The position numbers were made by a program, and so were the translations under genes. A stretch of 40,420 nt of DNA from a virus: the IMG/VR virus record IMGVR_UViG_3300025886_000069; one strand, written 5' to 3'. This document shows positions 23,856-32,997 of the stretch, piece after piece. The stretch's first letter is position 1. Each line of letters opens with the position of its first letter. The notes below the pieces were generated by a model that worked only from the letters and a program-made list of their open reading frames with translations, was not told the DNA's origin and did no database searches.

Positions 23856-24490
23856 TGGCGATAACTTACCCACTAAGCACTCCCACAACTATCGGAATCG
23901 AGAGTATTTCCCTACGTGCTAGGAATGTTGTGGCACTTACTGAATCCCCTTTCACTCTTAAACAGCAAGTAGTTCAGCACGGGGGACAACGGTGGGAAGC
24001 TTCTGTTTCCATCCCGTCCACCCGTAGGGACAAGGCCGAAGAGTGGGCTTCCTTCCTACTGTCCCTCCGAGGACAAGTTGGGACGTTCCTACTCGGGGAC
24101 CCGAATGCTGCTACAGCAAGAGGGACAGCCTCTACGACTCCGGGGACTCCGGTGGTTGCCTCGGCTATGTCCGCAGGGGAGAACTCGGTCCATCTTTCAG
24201 GCCTGCCAGTCAGTCAAACTGGTTACCTAGAAATCGGGGACTACATCCAACTCGGCTCTGGCCTAACTGCTACACTTCACAAGGTTTTGGAGAGAGCAGA
24301 TTCCGACGTTTCCGGAGAAGCAACTTTTGAGGTTTGGCCAGACGTGAGACGGACGGTAAGTCTCTCTGAGGTTGTTGTGGTAGACGATGCTAAGGGCTTA
24401 TTTCGTATTCAAACCTCCGTCTCGGACTGGAGCATAAATTCAAGCAGCACCTACGGCATTTCTTTTGAAGCTGTAGAAGTCATTACGTAA
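23855..24490 (+). CDS. Distal tail / baseplate-type protein (putative)
   Basis: TAATG coupling to the tape measure gene. ...ESPFTLKQQVVQHGGQRWEASVSIPSTRRDKAEEWASFLLSLRGQVGTFLLGDP pattern recalled from phage tail modules. Confidence 0.45.
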   Translation: MAITYPLSTPTTIGIESISLRARNVVALTESPFTLKQQVVQHGGQRWEASVSIPSTRRDKAEEWASFLLSLRGQVGTFLLGDPNAATARGTASTTPGTPVVASAMSAGENSVHLSGLPVSQTGYLEIGDYIQLGSGLTATLHKVLERADSDVSGEATFEVWPDVRRTVSLSEVVVVDDAKGLFRIQTSVSDWSINSSSTYGISFEAVEVIT

Positions 24491-24499
24491 GGACCAGAC

Positions 24500-24841
24500 A
24501 TGACCACCACGATAGTCCACAAGAGGGGTGACACTTTAGAGCTCTCCCTCCAACTCAAATCTAACTCGGTAGCCACTGACATCACGGGTTACACTGTCTC
24601 AAGCCAACTCCGGGACTCTACAGACACCCTCCTAGTGACAGACAACTTCACGGGTAACCTGACTTACACCCTGACCGACGCAGCTACGGGGACCTTTACC
24701 CTCACAGCAACCCCTACACAGACTTCGGAATGGGCCACCCGGACCTATGACTGTGACATTCAAATCACCGAACCAGACTCGGACGTAGCATCTTCGGAGA
24801 CGTTCAAAATCAAGGTTGTTAAAGATATTACGAGGGCTTAA
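24500..24841 (+). CDS. Small Ig/BppU-N-like tail protein (putative)
   Basis: 113 aa; HKRGDTLELSL...DITGYTV....ATGTFTL...TRTYDCDIQIT... Confidence 0.4.
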   Translation: MTTTIVHKRGDTLELSLQLKSNSVATDITGYTVSSQLRDSTDTLLVTDNFTGNLTYTLTDAATGTFTLTATPTQTSEWATRTYDCDIQITEPDSDVASSETFKIKVVKDITRA

Positions 24842-24843
24842 CG

Positions 24844-27393
24844 ATGGCTAAATATGAGCTGGTCTTAGGGACTGCTGAACTAGACACACCAATCACTCTC
24901 TCCGTACTAGAGTCCTCTGGACCCAAGGGAGAGACTGGGGACACCGGCCCACAAGGTCCTCAAGGTATCCAAGGGGATCAGGGGATTCAGGGGGCCACTG
25001 GTCTCACTGGTGCAACGGGTCCTACAGGTGCCACAGGTGCAGGGTTTACCGGAGGCTCCTACTCAGTAGGCACCGGTGTTGTTACCTTCACCTCCGCAGA
25101 TGGCCTTGGCTTTGTTACCGGGGACCTTCGGGGAGCCGATGGCACCAACGGAACAGACGGAACAAACGGGACTGGCTTTACCGGAGGCTCCTACAATGCT
25201 TCCACCGGTGTTGTTACCTTTACCTCTACAGATGGCCTTGGCTTTGTCACCGGGGACCTTCGGGGAGCCGATGGTCTGGGTACAGGTACGGTTGAATCTG
25301 TAGCTACGGGCTCCGGGTTGACGGGTGGCCCTGTCACCACAACCGGCACAATTTCCCATGCTGACACTTCTACTCAGCTTTCCCTTACTGCCCTGACTGG
25401 TGCAGACGTAGTCTCCGACGTAGACCTTGATGATTTCGGACACGTCACAGCACTTGCTACCCGGACCATGCTCCTGTCAGACCTCGGGTACACCGGGGAA
25501 ACCAATGCCACAGCTGACCAAACAGGTGCAGAGATTAAGTCTGCCTACGAAGCTGAGTTGGACACCAACGCCTACACCGATGCAGAGAAATCAAAGCTTG
25601 CTGGTGTAGAAGCTTCCGCAGATGTAACCGATACCGTCAACGTAACCGCAGCCGGTGCTTTGATGGACTCAGAGCTAACGGCTATCTCCTCAGTCAAGGC
25701 TCTGGACCAAGGTGTAGCAACTACGGATAGCCCTGCTTTTGCAGGACTTACGGTAGACACCAACACCATCAAAGTTGACTCCATTAATAACCGGGTTGGT
25801 ATCGTTCAAGCTGTTCCTACTGAGTCTCTGGACGTTGTTGGTAATATCGCAGTCTCCGGTACGGTAGACGGACGGGACCTTGCTACAGACGGCTCCAAGC
25901 TGGACGGTATCGAAGCAGGGGCAACAGGTGACCAGACAGGGGCAGAGATTAAGTCTGCCTACGAAGCTGAGTTGGACACCAATGCTTACACCGACACAGA
26001 GAAATCAAAGCTTGCCGGGATTGAGGCCGCAGCAGATGTTACGGATTCAACAAATGTAACCGCAGCCGGTGCTTTGATGGACTCAGAGCTAACGGCTATC
26101 TCCTCAGTCAAGGCATTAAACCAAGGTGTAGCAACGACGGATAGTCCGGGCTTCGTGAACCTGACTCTCTCAGGTGACCTTACCGTAAACGGTACGACAA
26201 CAACCCTAGACACTGCAAACCTGACAGTAGACGACTCCCTGATTGAGTTATCCCGTAACACCGCAGCAGCTCCTGTAAATGATGCTGGTATTGTTATTGA
26301 ACGGGGAACCTCGGACAATGCTTTCATCGGTTGGGACGAAAGTGTTGACAAGTTCGTAGTAGGAACCGGGACATTTACCGGAGCCACTACAGGAAACCTT
26401 ACAGTTACCACAGGGACACTTGTGGCCAACCTTGAGGGGACCGTGGACGGGCGTAACATCACAACGGACGGCTCCAAGCTGGACGGTATTGAGTCCGGAG
26501 CTACAGCTGACCAGACAGGGGCAGAGATTAAAGCAGCTTACGAAGCTGAACTTAACGCCTTTACCGATGCACAATTCACTAAGCTCTCAGGTATCGAGAC
26601 AGGGGCTACAGCAGACCAAACCGGTGCAGAGATTAAAGCAGCTTACGAAGCTGAACTTAACGCCTTTACCGATGCACAATTCACTAAGCTCTCAGGTATC
26701 GAGACAGGGGCTACAGCAGACCAGACAGGGGCAGAGATTAAAGCAGCTTACGAGGCTGAACTTAACGCATTTACTGATGCACAATTCACTAAGCTCTCAG
26801 GTATCGAGACAGGGGCTACAGCTGACCAGACGGGGGCAGAGATTAAGACTTCCCTGTTTGCCGAGGCTGACACCAACAACCTGACCGATACCCTGCTTAC
26901 CAAGTTGAACGGAGTCGAAGCCTCTGCGGATGTAACGGATTCAACAAACGTAACCGCAGCCGGTGCTTTGATGGACTCAGAGCTAACAGCCATTGCTTCC
27001 GTCAAGGCTCTGGACCAAGGTGTAGCAACTACGGACAGTCCTACCTTCGTGGCCGTGTCAGACAGCACCGGGAACCTTCGGGATATCCCACAGACAACCA
27101 AGACAGCAGCCTATGTTCTGGTCATTGGTGATGCAGGGACTCATATCTCAATCACCACCGGTGGGATCACGGTAAACCCCAACGTCTTCCAAGTGGGTGA
27201 CGCAGTGTCCATCTACAATGACTCTGGTGCTAGTCAAACCATAACACAGGGTACGAACTGCACTCTGCGTCTTGCAGGTACGACCACAACGGGGAACTTA
27301 ACCTTGGCAGAGTACGGGGTGTGTACCATTCTCTGCGTCAAAGACGTAACAGATGCAGACGTGTTTGTAGTTACCGGGGGAGGAATCAGCTAA
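24844..27393 (+). CDS. Tail fibre with a collagen-like stalk and nested repeat modules
   Basis: 13 consecutive G-X-Y triplets (aa 26-65). 44-aa repeat x2 (GFTGGSY...GDLRGADG). About 75-aa module x3 (…VTAAGALMDSELTAISSVKALDQGVATTDSP). 35-aa tandem repeat x3-4. Confidence 0.8.
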   Translation: MAKYELVLGTAELDTPITLSVLESSGPKGETGDTGPQGPQGIQGDQGIQGATGLTGATGPTGATGAGFTGGSYSVGTGVVTFTSADGLGFVTGDLRGADGTNGTDGTNGTGFTGGSYNASTGVVTFTSTDGLGFVTGDLRGADGLGTGTVESVATGSGLTGGPVTTTGTISHADTSTQLSLTALTGADVVSDVDLDDFGHVTALATRTMLLSDLGYTGETNATADQTGAEIKSAYEAELDTNAYTDAEKSKLAGVEASADVTDTVNVTAAGALMDSELTAISSVKALDQGVATTDSPAFAGLTVDTNTIKVDSINNRVGIVQAVPTESLDVVGNIAVSGTVDGRDLATDGSKLDGIEAGATGDQTGAEIKSAYEAELDTNAYTDTEKSKLAGIEAAADVTDSTNVTAAGALMDSELTAISSVKALNQGVATTDSPGFVNLTLSGDLTVNGTTTTLDTANLTVDDSLIELSRNTAAAPVNDAGIVIERGTSDNAFIGWDESVDKFVVGTGTFTGATTGNLTVTTGTLVANLEGTVDGRNITTDGSKLDGIESGATADQTGAEIKAAYEAELNAFTDAQFTKLSGIETGATADQTGAEIKAAYEAELNAFTDAQFTKLSGIETGATADQTGAEIKAAYEAELNAFTDAQFTKLSGIETGATADQTGAEIKTSLFAEADTNNLTDTLLTKLNGVEASADVTDSTNVTAAGALMDSELTAIASVKALDQGVATTDSPTFVAVSDSTGNLRDIPQTTKTAAYVLVIGDAGTHISITTGGITVNPNVFQVGDAVSIYNDSGASQTITQGTNCTLRLAGTTTTGNLTLAEYGVCTILCVKDVTDADVFVVTGGGIS
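24919..25038 (+). repeat. Collagen-like (G-X-Y)13 coding repeat
   Basis: GPKGETGDTGPQGPQGIQGDQGIQGATGLTGATGPTGATG. Confidence 0.9.
26497..26845 (+). repeat. 105-bp tandem repeat, three near-identical copies plus a diverged fourth
   Basis: GCAGAGATTA recurs at 26521, 26626, 26731 and 26836. Each copy encodes GATADQTGAEIKAAYEAELNAFTDAQFTKLSGIET. Confidence 0.9.
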
Positions 27394-28430
27394 TGTCCAT
27401 GATGCAAATGTTAATGATGGGGGGTGCTTCTGCACCTACCGGACTCCTCTACACCTTTGAGATGTGGGGTCCCGGCGGTGGTGGCGGTGGTGGTCACACA
27501 GGGTCTGTTTCTGGCACAGAGGATGGTGGTCCGGGCGGTGCTGGTGCCTTTTTAAGTGGTAGCTTTACCGGCCTGACTTCTGGGACTGTCCTAGAGGTCT
27601 ACAACGGGGCAAAAGGTAACGCAGGAGGGGACGGCTCAACTTCCTCCTCTGCGAGGGGTGGCTCTGGTGGTGGTGCCAGTGCTATCCGCATATCAGGTGG
27701 GGCTGTAATAGCTGTTGCCGGTGGTGGTGGCGGTGGCGGTGGCGGTGGTGCTACTGCCTTGGCCGATGGTACGGGTGGCCGTGGTGGTAACTCCGTGGGT
27801 GGAACCGGTGTCTATGCCACAGACGTTGGGGACGTAAACGGTGGTATAGGTGGACAATCCGGTACATCCACCACAGCCGGGGTATTAACCGGAGAAACCG
27901 GGGCTACTCCCGCAGCAAAGACTGAAGACCTCCAAGATGGCGGCTTTGGTCAAAATGGAGCCCTAACAACTTTCGGAAGTGGACAGACGACAGCATCCCC
28001 TGAAGCTGGTTGGGGAGGAAGAGGGGGAACCTCTGGCCGTATGTCTAGCAGTCTAGGTCCCGGAGGTGGCGGTGGTGCTGGCTACTTCGGTGGCTCCGGT
28101 GGCGGTTCTGCTACGTCAGGTGCCGAATCCGGTGGCGGTGGCGGCGGTGGTGGCTCCTACGTCAACAGCTCCTACGTCTATTCGTACACCTCAGAAGAGG
28201 GAACCTTCGAGTCCAGAACCGCCCACGGTGGTATAGGCATTGACCAACTTGCAGGGTCTACAGCTGTAGCCTACACAACAGATCTCGGTAGGGGTGGGCA
28301 GGGGATGCGGTCTGCAACTAACGCCGCAGACGACGGCAACGACGGAGGAGTCTTCATCTACAATGAGTCTGGAACCTTAGTATACTCTCTTACGAGTAAT
28401 AACGCCGAAGGCTCTTACACCCTCCCATAA
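27393..28430 (+). CDS. Glycine-rich fibre-associated protein
   Basis: TAATG coupling to the fibre gene (ATG at 27393 preferred over 27321). FEMWGPGGGGGGGH and several further G6-G10 runs. Confidence 0.6.
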   Translation: MSMMQMLMMGGASAPTGLLYTFEMWGPGGGGGGGHTGSVSGTEDGGPGGAGAFLSGSFTGLTSGTVLEVYNGAKGNAGGDGSTSSSARGGSGGGASAIRISGGAVIAVAGGGGGGGGGGATALADGTGGRGGNSVGGTGVYATDVGDVNGGIGGQSGTSTTAGVLTGETGATPAAKTEDLQDGGFGQNGALTTFGSGQTTASPEAGWGGRGGTSGRMSSSLGPGGGGGAGYFGGSGGGSATSGAESGGGGGGGGSYVNSSYVYSYTSEEGTFESRTAHGGIGIDQLAGSTAVAYTTDLGRGGQGMRSATNAADDGNDGGVFIYNESGTLVYSLTSNNAEGSYTLP

Positions 28431-28444
28431 AGAAAGGAAAAAGT

Positions 28445-28651
28445 ATGTTTGAAGAAAAGCAATGGTTTCTCTCCCGGACAGTTTGGGCTGTTCTGGTAAT
28501 GATGGCCACAGTTCTCTTAGGTCGTTTTGGCTATGTTATTACCCCAGAGATTCAGGAGGGCATTGTTAGCCTTTCTCTGGACGTTGTAGCAGTTCTCTCC
28601 GGGGCCTTGGCCCTCTGGGGACGTGTCGCAGCTACCAAGCAACTAAAATAA
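28445..28651 (+). CDS. Two-TM small membrane protein, holin-like
   Basis: 68 aa. TM1 TVWAVLVMMATVLLGRFG, TM2 IVSLSLDVVAVLSGALALWG, basic C-terminus. Confidence 0.45.
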   Translation: MFEEKQWFLSRTVWAVLVMMATVLLGRFGYVITPEIQEGIVSLSLDVVAVLSGALALWGRVAATKQLK

Positions 28652-28704
28652 CACTAAGGGGGGTTTACCCGAGGCCCCCACTCACCCCCTTGGAGATTGA
28701 TGGG

Positions 28705-29025
28705 ATGAGCAAAGATTGGTCCAGAGAGGACTACTTGGAAGAGGACTTGCGACGTAACTCCGAAGAAATCAGGCAACTGACTAAGCTGCAACACGAAAAT
28801 GCATCTACTGTCCGGCAACTTACGGGGGAAGTCTCTAGGATGAACTCCAACCTCTCCCAAGAGCTAGACCGTAGACATACCGTAATGGAGAAGCACGAAG
28901 CTAGGCTTAGAGACCTTGAAGGTTGGAGGTCTCGGTCCGGAGCTTATTGGGCAATAGTGGGGACCTTCGCCGGTGCTGCTGCTGCTCTTTTAGTGAAACA
29001 ACTAGGGGGAGAACTTTTACCATGA
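28705..29025 (+). CDS. Tail-anchored coiled-coil membrane protein
   Basis: ATG at 28705. Charged heptad-like N-terminal part and a C-terminal TM, YWAIVGTFAGAAAALLV. Confidence 0.45.
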   Translation: MSKDWSREDYLEEDLRRNSEEIRQLTKLQHENASTVRQLTGEVSRMNSNLSQELDRRHTVMEKHEARLRDLEGWRSRSGAYWAIVGTFAGAAAALLVKQLGGELLP

Positions 29026-29426
29026 CGTCCGTATTCAAAGAGATTCGGGCCATACTCTTTTGGGCCTCACTTTTGGCCCTCTTTTGGGGGTCCCTCTTTG
29101 CGGCTAAGTCCGTAGAGCTATCGGCGTTTCCTGTAGTCAAGGACGTAGTAATAACGAAAGCTATCCCCACATCCGATGGGTCTAGTATGGCCGTCTACCT
29201 GACCTTCCAAAAGGTCCGTTCCTGTGACTTCATGAAAGTTATTTGGTACGATGCAAGTGGACATGCGGCCCCGGTTAGGTTCAACGATAACGTTGGGACT
29301 AGACCACCTTCCGAAAATGAAGTAGGACCTTGGCTAGTGGGACTCACTACGTTGGAGGGCTCCACTCTTTTCGTGCAACACAAGTGTCACCCACTGTGGA
29401 CACAGTTTACAAAAATGTACCCTTGA
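29022..29426 (+). CDS. N-terminally anchored (signal-anchor) protein
   Basis: ATGA coupling. TM ILFWASLLALFWGSLFAA followed by a 100-aa soluble domain with 2 Cys. Confidence 0.45.
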   Translation: MTSVFKEIRAILFWASLLALFWGSLFAAKSVELSAFPVVKDVVITKAIPTSDGSSMAVYLTFQKVRSCDFMKVIWYDASGHAAPVRFNDNVGTRPPSENEVGPWLVGLTTLEGSTLFVQHKCHPLWTQFTKMYP

Positions 29427-29435
29427 GGAATAGAA

Positions 29436-29990
29436 ATGAGTAGAGACCTGACAACTGCCCTAGAGACTGCACTTTCAGCAGACGTAATAGAGCCGTTCTT
29501 TGCTGTAGACCTTAACTTTGACGGTTCCCCTCTCTACGTGTGGTCCGGTCAAGGCGATATCGTTATCGATGGGAAGACCTACGTGGGGTCTGAGGAGCTG
29601 CTAAAGATTGAAACCATAGAGGAGGCAAGTGATGCTTCCGCAAGGGGAGCAGTCCTGACCTTAACCGGAGTCCCCTCGGAGGTTGTTTCCATTGCCCTGA
29701 GCACTGAGTACCAAGGCAGGACCGGTAACATCTACTTCGGGACCTTGAACGACACGTCAAGTTATACGGAACTCTTTTCGGGGTTCATCGACACTATGGA
29801 CATACTTGAGGAGCCCACTGTTTCAACGGTTCGGGTTAGCCTTGAGAGTCGACTCGTACGCCTAGAGGTTCCCTCCGGGATTAAGTACACGTCCTCGTAT
29901 TTAAAAAGTCAGTACGCCGGGGACTTGGGTTTGGACTTCGTTGAGAGCCTGCCTAACAAGAAAATCACTTGGGGAACAGTCTCGGAGTAG
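29436..29990 (+). CDS. Tail tip / minor tail protein (putative)
   Basis: 184 aa, directly upstream of the gpJ-like gene. ...EPFFAVDLNFDGSPLYVWSGQGDIVIDGKTYVGSEELLKIETIEE pattern recalled from tail-tip modules. Confidence 0.45.
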   Translation: MSRDLTTALETALSADVIEPFFAVDLNFDGSPLYVWSGQGDIVIDGKTYVGSEELLKIETIEEASDASARGAVLTLTGVPSEVVSIALSTEYQGRTGNIYFGTLNDTSSYTELFSGFIDTMDILEEPTVSTVRVSLESRLVRLEVPSGIKYTSSYLKSQYAGDLGLDFVESLPNKKITWGTVSE

Positions 29991-30000
29991 GAGAGAAAAA

Positions 30001-32610
30001 ATGTTTGGATTCCTTTTAGGTGCCTTTATCTTGGCACCCCTCCTGTTCGGGAGAAAAAAAGACACCGGGGAAGGTTCACCAGCTGAGACGGACACAGGGT
30101 CCGGAGCAACTACCGGCGGGTATTCCTTTAACTCTAAAGGTGCTGCACTCGGTCAGCAGGTTATCTACGGCCAGCAGAAGGTGGGTGGAGCCGTTGTCTT
30201 TGATGAAGTATCCGGAGCAGGTAGTGAGTACCTGTCCCGAATTGTAGCCTTTGCAGGACACCCCGTAGAGGACTTTGTAGACATCTACTTGGACAACTAC
30301 AAAGTGACCACCTTGGACGCCAACGGTAACGTCTCGCAGGTTCAGGAAGTGGATGAGAAGGGGAACTTAATCGGTGCTACTTCCACTATTTACGACGGGC
30401 TAGTTTCCATTCGGAAGGTAGACGGGTCCCACACTGCTAGTTTAGGCGGTACAGCCTTTTCTAACTTTAGCTCTAACTGGACGGCAAACCACAAGCTCCA
30501 AGGTATTGCCCACCTCGCAGTAACTTTTAAGTACGACGAAGATGCATTCCCCTCCGGGTTGCCCACAATCACCTCTCTGGTAAAAGGGAAGAAGGTCTAT
30601 GACCCTCGGCCAATCACCTCGGGGTCTTTTGTAGTAAGCACCACTTATACCATCCTCTCAGCTGGAACTACAGACTTCACCCTGATTGGTGCAGCAGACA
30701 GTAACGTTGGTACTACCTTCGTAGCCACAGGGGTTGGTACCGGTACAGGGACAGCCGCAGCTACGGAATGGTCCGAGAACCCTGCCTTGTGTCTCCGGGA
30801 CTACCTGACCGACACAGTTTACGGACTTGGGGAAGCTGCCACAGCAGTGGACGACACAGCTATTTCAACTTCTGCAAACGTTTGCGAAGAGGTACTAGCT
30901 ACGGCTCTGGTGTCACGGTACACCTGTAATGGTGCTTTCCTTACCTCCAAGGCTCCTACTGATATCATCGAAGACCTGACCGGTTCAATGGCAGGGACAA
31001 CGTGGTATGCACAGGGTCAGTGGAGAGTTAAGGCCGGGAAGTATGTAGCCCCTACTGTGACACTTACAGAGGATGATTTACGGGGTCCCCTAAGTGTCTC
31101 CACCCGACACAGCCGCAGAGACAACTTTAACGGAGTTCGTGGGATATTCCGAGGGCCTGAGACTAACTATCAGCCCACTGAGTACCCACTAGTTACAGAT
31201 GCAGCCTTTGTAGCAACGGACGGAGGGCAAGAGTCCATTGTTGACTTCCCTACCCCGTTCACAAATGACTCTGACTCGGCTCAAAGGTTGGCAAACATCC
31301 TTCTGGAACGGGTAAGGTCTCAGGTCACAGTCGTAGCAGACTTTGGACTTAACGCATTCAAGGTTCAAGTCGGGGACATTGTAAGCCTTACGAACTCCCG
31401 ACTGGGGTTCTCAAGTAAGCCTTTCGAAGTTTCGGGTTGGGAGTTCACCCTTGGTCCAGATATGGACTTTACGGTAAACCTCACTCTCCGGGAGATAACC
31501 TCCACAACCTACGACGAATTTACAGACGCCACGGTTTTTGAGACGGACAACACTACACTACCTAACCCGTTCGACAACACCACAATCACCTCCGGGTTGA
31601 CGGTGACGGAATCGGGGCAATTAAAGTCCGATGGAACTTTCTTCCTTCTGGCAGATATCTCTTGGACTGCCCCAAGTAACCCGTTCATCACTCGGTATGA
31701 GATTCAATACAAACCTGTCTCTGCTTCGGTATACTCCTCCATGTTTGTGACTGCTACCGAAGGGCAGATTGGTCCAATTGTGGAAGGAATCTCCTACGAT
31801 GTTCGAGTTCGTTCCTTGTCTAACTCTGGTGTAAAGGGGTCCTTTGCCGCAGATACCTTCACGGGAGGGGGAGACACAACGGCCCCAGCTGCCCCAACTG
31901 CACTGTCTGCCTCTGGGGGCTTCCGGTCTATTCGATTGACTTGGACCAACCCCTCCGACTCTGACTTGAAGCATGTAGAAGTCTGGGAACACACTTCGAA
32001 CAACTCGGCTTCGGCTAGTAAGGTTGCAGAGATTGACGGAGACACTTTTGTCCGGGAGAAGTTGGGAACCGGTGTAACTCGGTACTACTGGCTTAAGGCT
32101 GTAGACTACTCCGGCAACACCTCGGGCTTTAGCTCTGTAGCCAGTGGCAGCACTGAGTCTGCAAGTCTGGCAAACGGGGAGCTTGCTACCAACTCCGTCT
32201 CCACGGTCAAAGTTCAGAACGAAGCTGTTTCAGACGGAGGGAGTGCCTACTCCACGTCCACCACAACCATCACCGGAATCGTGACCTACATATCCCTTGC
32301 CTCCGTAACCTTCACAGGGACAGGGGAGAATGCACTGATAAACTTCTCATTCAACGTGAAGCCTCCCGCAGGTTACATGGACAGTGACGCAGCTATGGAC
32401 TACCGTGTCACAAAGGGCGGTACTGTGATATTTGATGCACAGGATATCGGAATGGGACCTAGTGGTGGAGCTTTCGGAGGCTCTATCGTTACCTCTGCCA
32501 CTGCTTCAAGTACGACCTACACACTAGAGGCTAGGCGTTCATCTGCTTACACACCTTCTTCTGTTTCCGTTACACCTAAATCCTTATCCATCCGGGAGTT
32601 TAAAAAGTGA
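30001..32610 (+). CDS. Host-specificity / central tail tip protein (lambda gpJ / GTA g15-like) with FN3-like domains
   Basis: ATG at 30001. ...VIYGQQKVGGAVVF..., HKLQGIAHLAVTFKYDEDAFPSGLPTITSLVKGKKVYDPR, WSENPALCLRDYLTD. FN3-like ...APAAPTALSASGGFRSIRLTWTNPSDSDLKHVEVW. Confidence 0.7.
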   Translation: MFGFLLGAFILAPLLFGRKKDTGEGSPAETDTGSGATTGGYSFNSKGAALGQQVIYGQQKVGGAVVFDEVSGAGSEYLSRIVAFAGHPVEDFVDIYLDNYKVTTLDANGNVSQVQEVDEKGNLIGATSTIYDGLVSIRKVDGSHTASLGGTAFSNFSSNWTANHKLQGIAHLAVTFKYDEDAFPSGLPTITSLVKGKKVYDPRPITSGSFVVSTTYTILSAGTTDFTLIGAADSNVGTTFVATGVGTGTGTAAATEWSENPALCLRDYLTDTVYGLGEAATAVDDTAISTSANVCEEVLATALVSRYTCNGAFLTSKAPTDIIEDLTGSMAGTTWYAQGQWRVKAGKYVAPTVTLTEDDLRGPLSVSTRHSRRDNFNGVRGIFRGPETNYQPTEYPLVTDAAFVATDGGQESIVDFPTPFTNDSDSAQRLANILLERVRSQVTVVADFGLNAFKVQVGDIVSLTNSRLGFSSKPFEVSGWEFTLGPDMDFTVNLTLREITSTTYDEFTDATVFETDNTTLPNPFDNTTITSGLTVTESGQLKSDGTFFLLADISWTAPSNPFITRYEIQYKPVSASVYSSMFVTATEGQIGPIVEGISYDVRVRSLSNSGVKGSFAADTFTGGGDTTAPAAPTALSASGGFRSIRLTWTNPSDSDLKHVEVWEHTSNNSASASKVAEIDGDTFVREKLGTGVTRYYWLKAVDYSGNTSGFSSVASGSTESASLANGELATNSVSTVKVQNEAVSDGGSAYSTSTTTITGIVTYISLASVTFTGTGENALINFSFNVKPPAGYMDSDAAMDYRVTKGGTVIFDAQDIGMGPSGGAFGGSIVTSATASSTTYTLEARRSSAYTPSSVSVTPKSLSIREFKK

Positions 32611-32981
32611 CCTACGTTATTTATAACACTGAAACCGGGGAAATTCTCCGGGCTCTCTCCGGGACCCGGAAGACTCTAGAGGAGAACTTGTGGGCAGGGG
32701 AGTCCTACTTGGAGTCTGAGGAATCTACGGTAGACAAACGGGTAGTGGGTGGGGCGATGGTGTCCCTCCCCTCCGAAGAACTAGAGGCCAGAGACTTAGA
32801 GAGGGCTTGGAATAAGCTTAGGATGGCAAGAGACAAGCACCTAAGCAAGTCAGATTGGACACAGTTCCCGGATACACCGGCTGACACTGTGGCTTGGCAA
32901 AAGTACCGACAAGCACTCCGAGACATTACCAAGGGTCTAGAAGACCCCAGAGACGTAGTCTGGCCAGAACCCCCAAAGTAA
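32607..32981 (+). CDS. Tail fibre assembly / chaperone-like protein
   Basis: GTGA coupling. C-terminal ...RMARDKHLSKSDWTQFPDTPADTVAWQKYRQALRDIT...VVWPEPP pattern. Confidence 0.5.
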   Translation: MTYVIYNTETGEILRALSGTRKTLEENLWAGESYLESEESTVDKRVVGGAMVSLPSEELEARDLERAWNKLRMARDKHLSKSDWTQFPDTPADTVAWQKYRQALRDITKGLEDPRDVVWPEPPK

Positions 32982-32997
32982 CCCGAAAGAAAAAACT

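Noticed and set aside
24844-27393. Diversity-generating retroelement targeting the repetitive fibre gene
   Set aside because: No reverse transcriptase gene is present in the genome. The repeat copies differ by scattered, mostly synonymous changes rather than adenine-specific substitutions between a template and a variable repeat.
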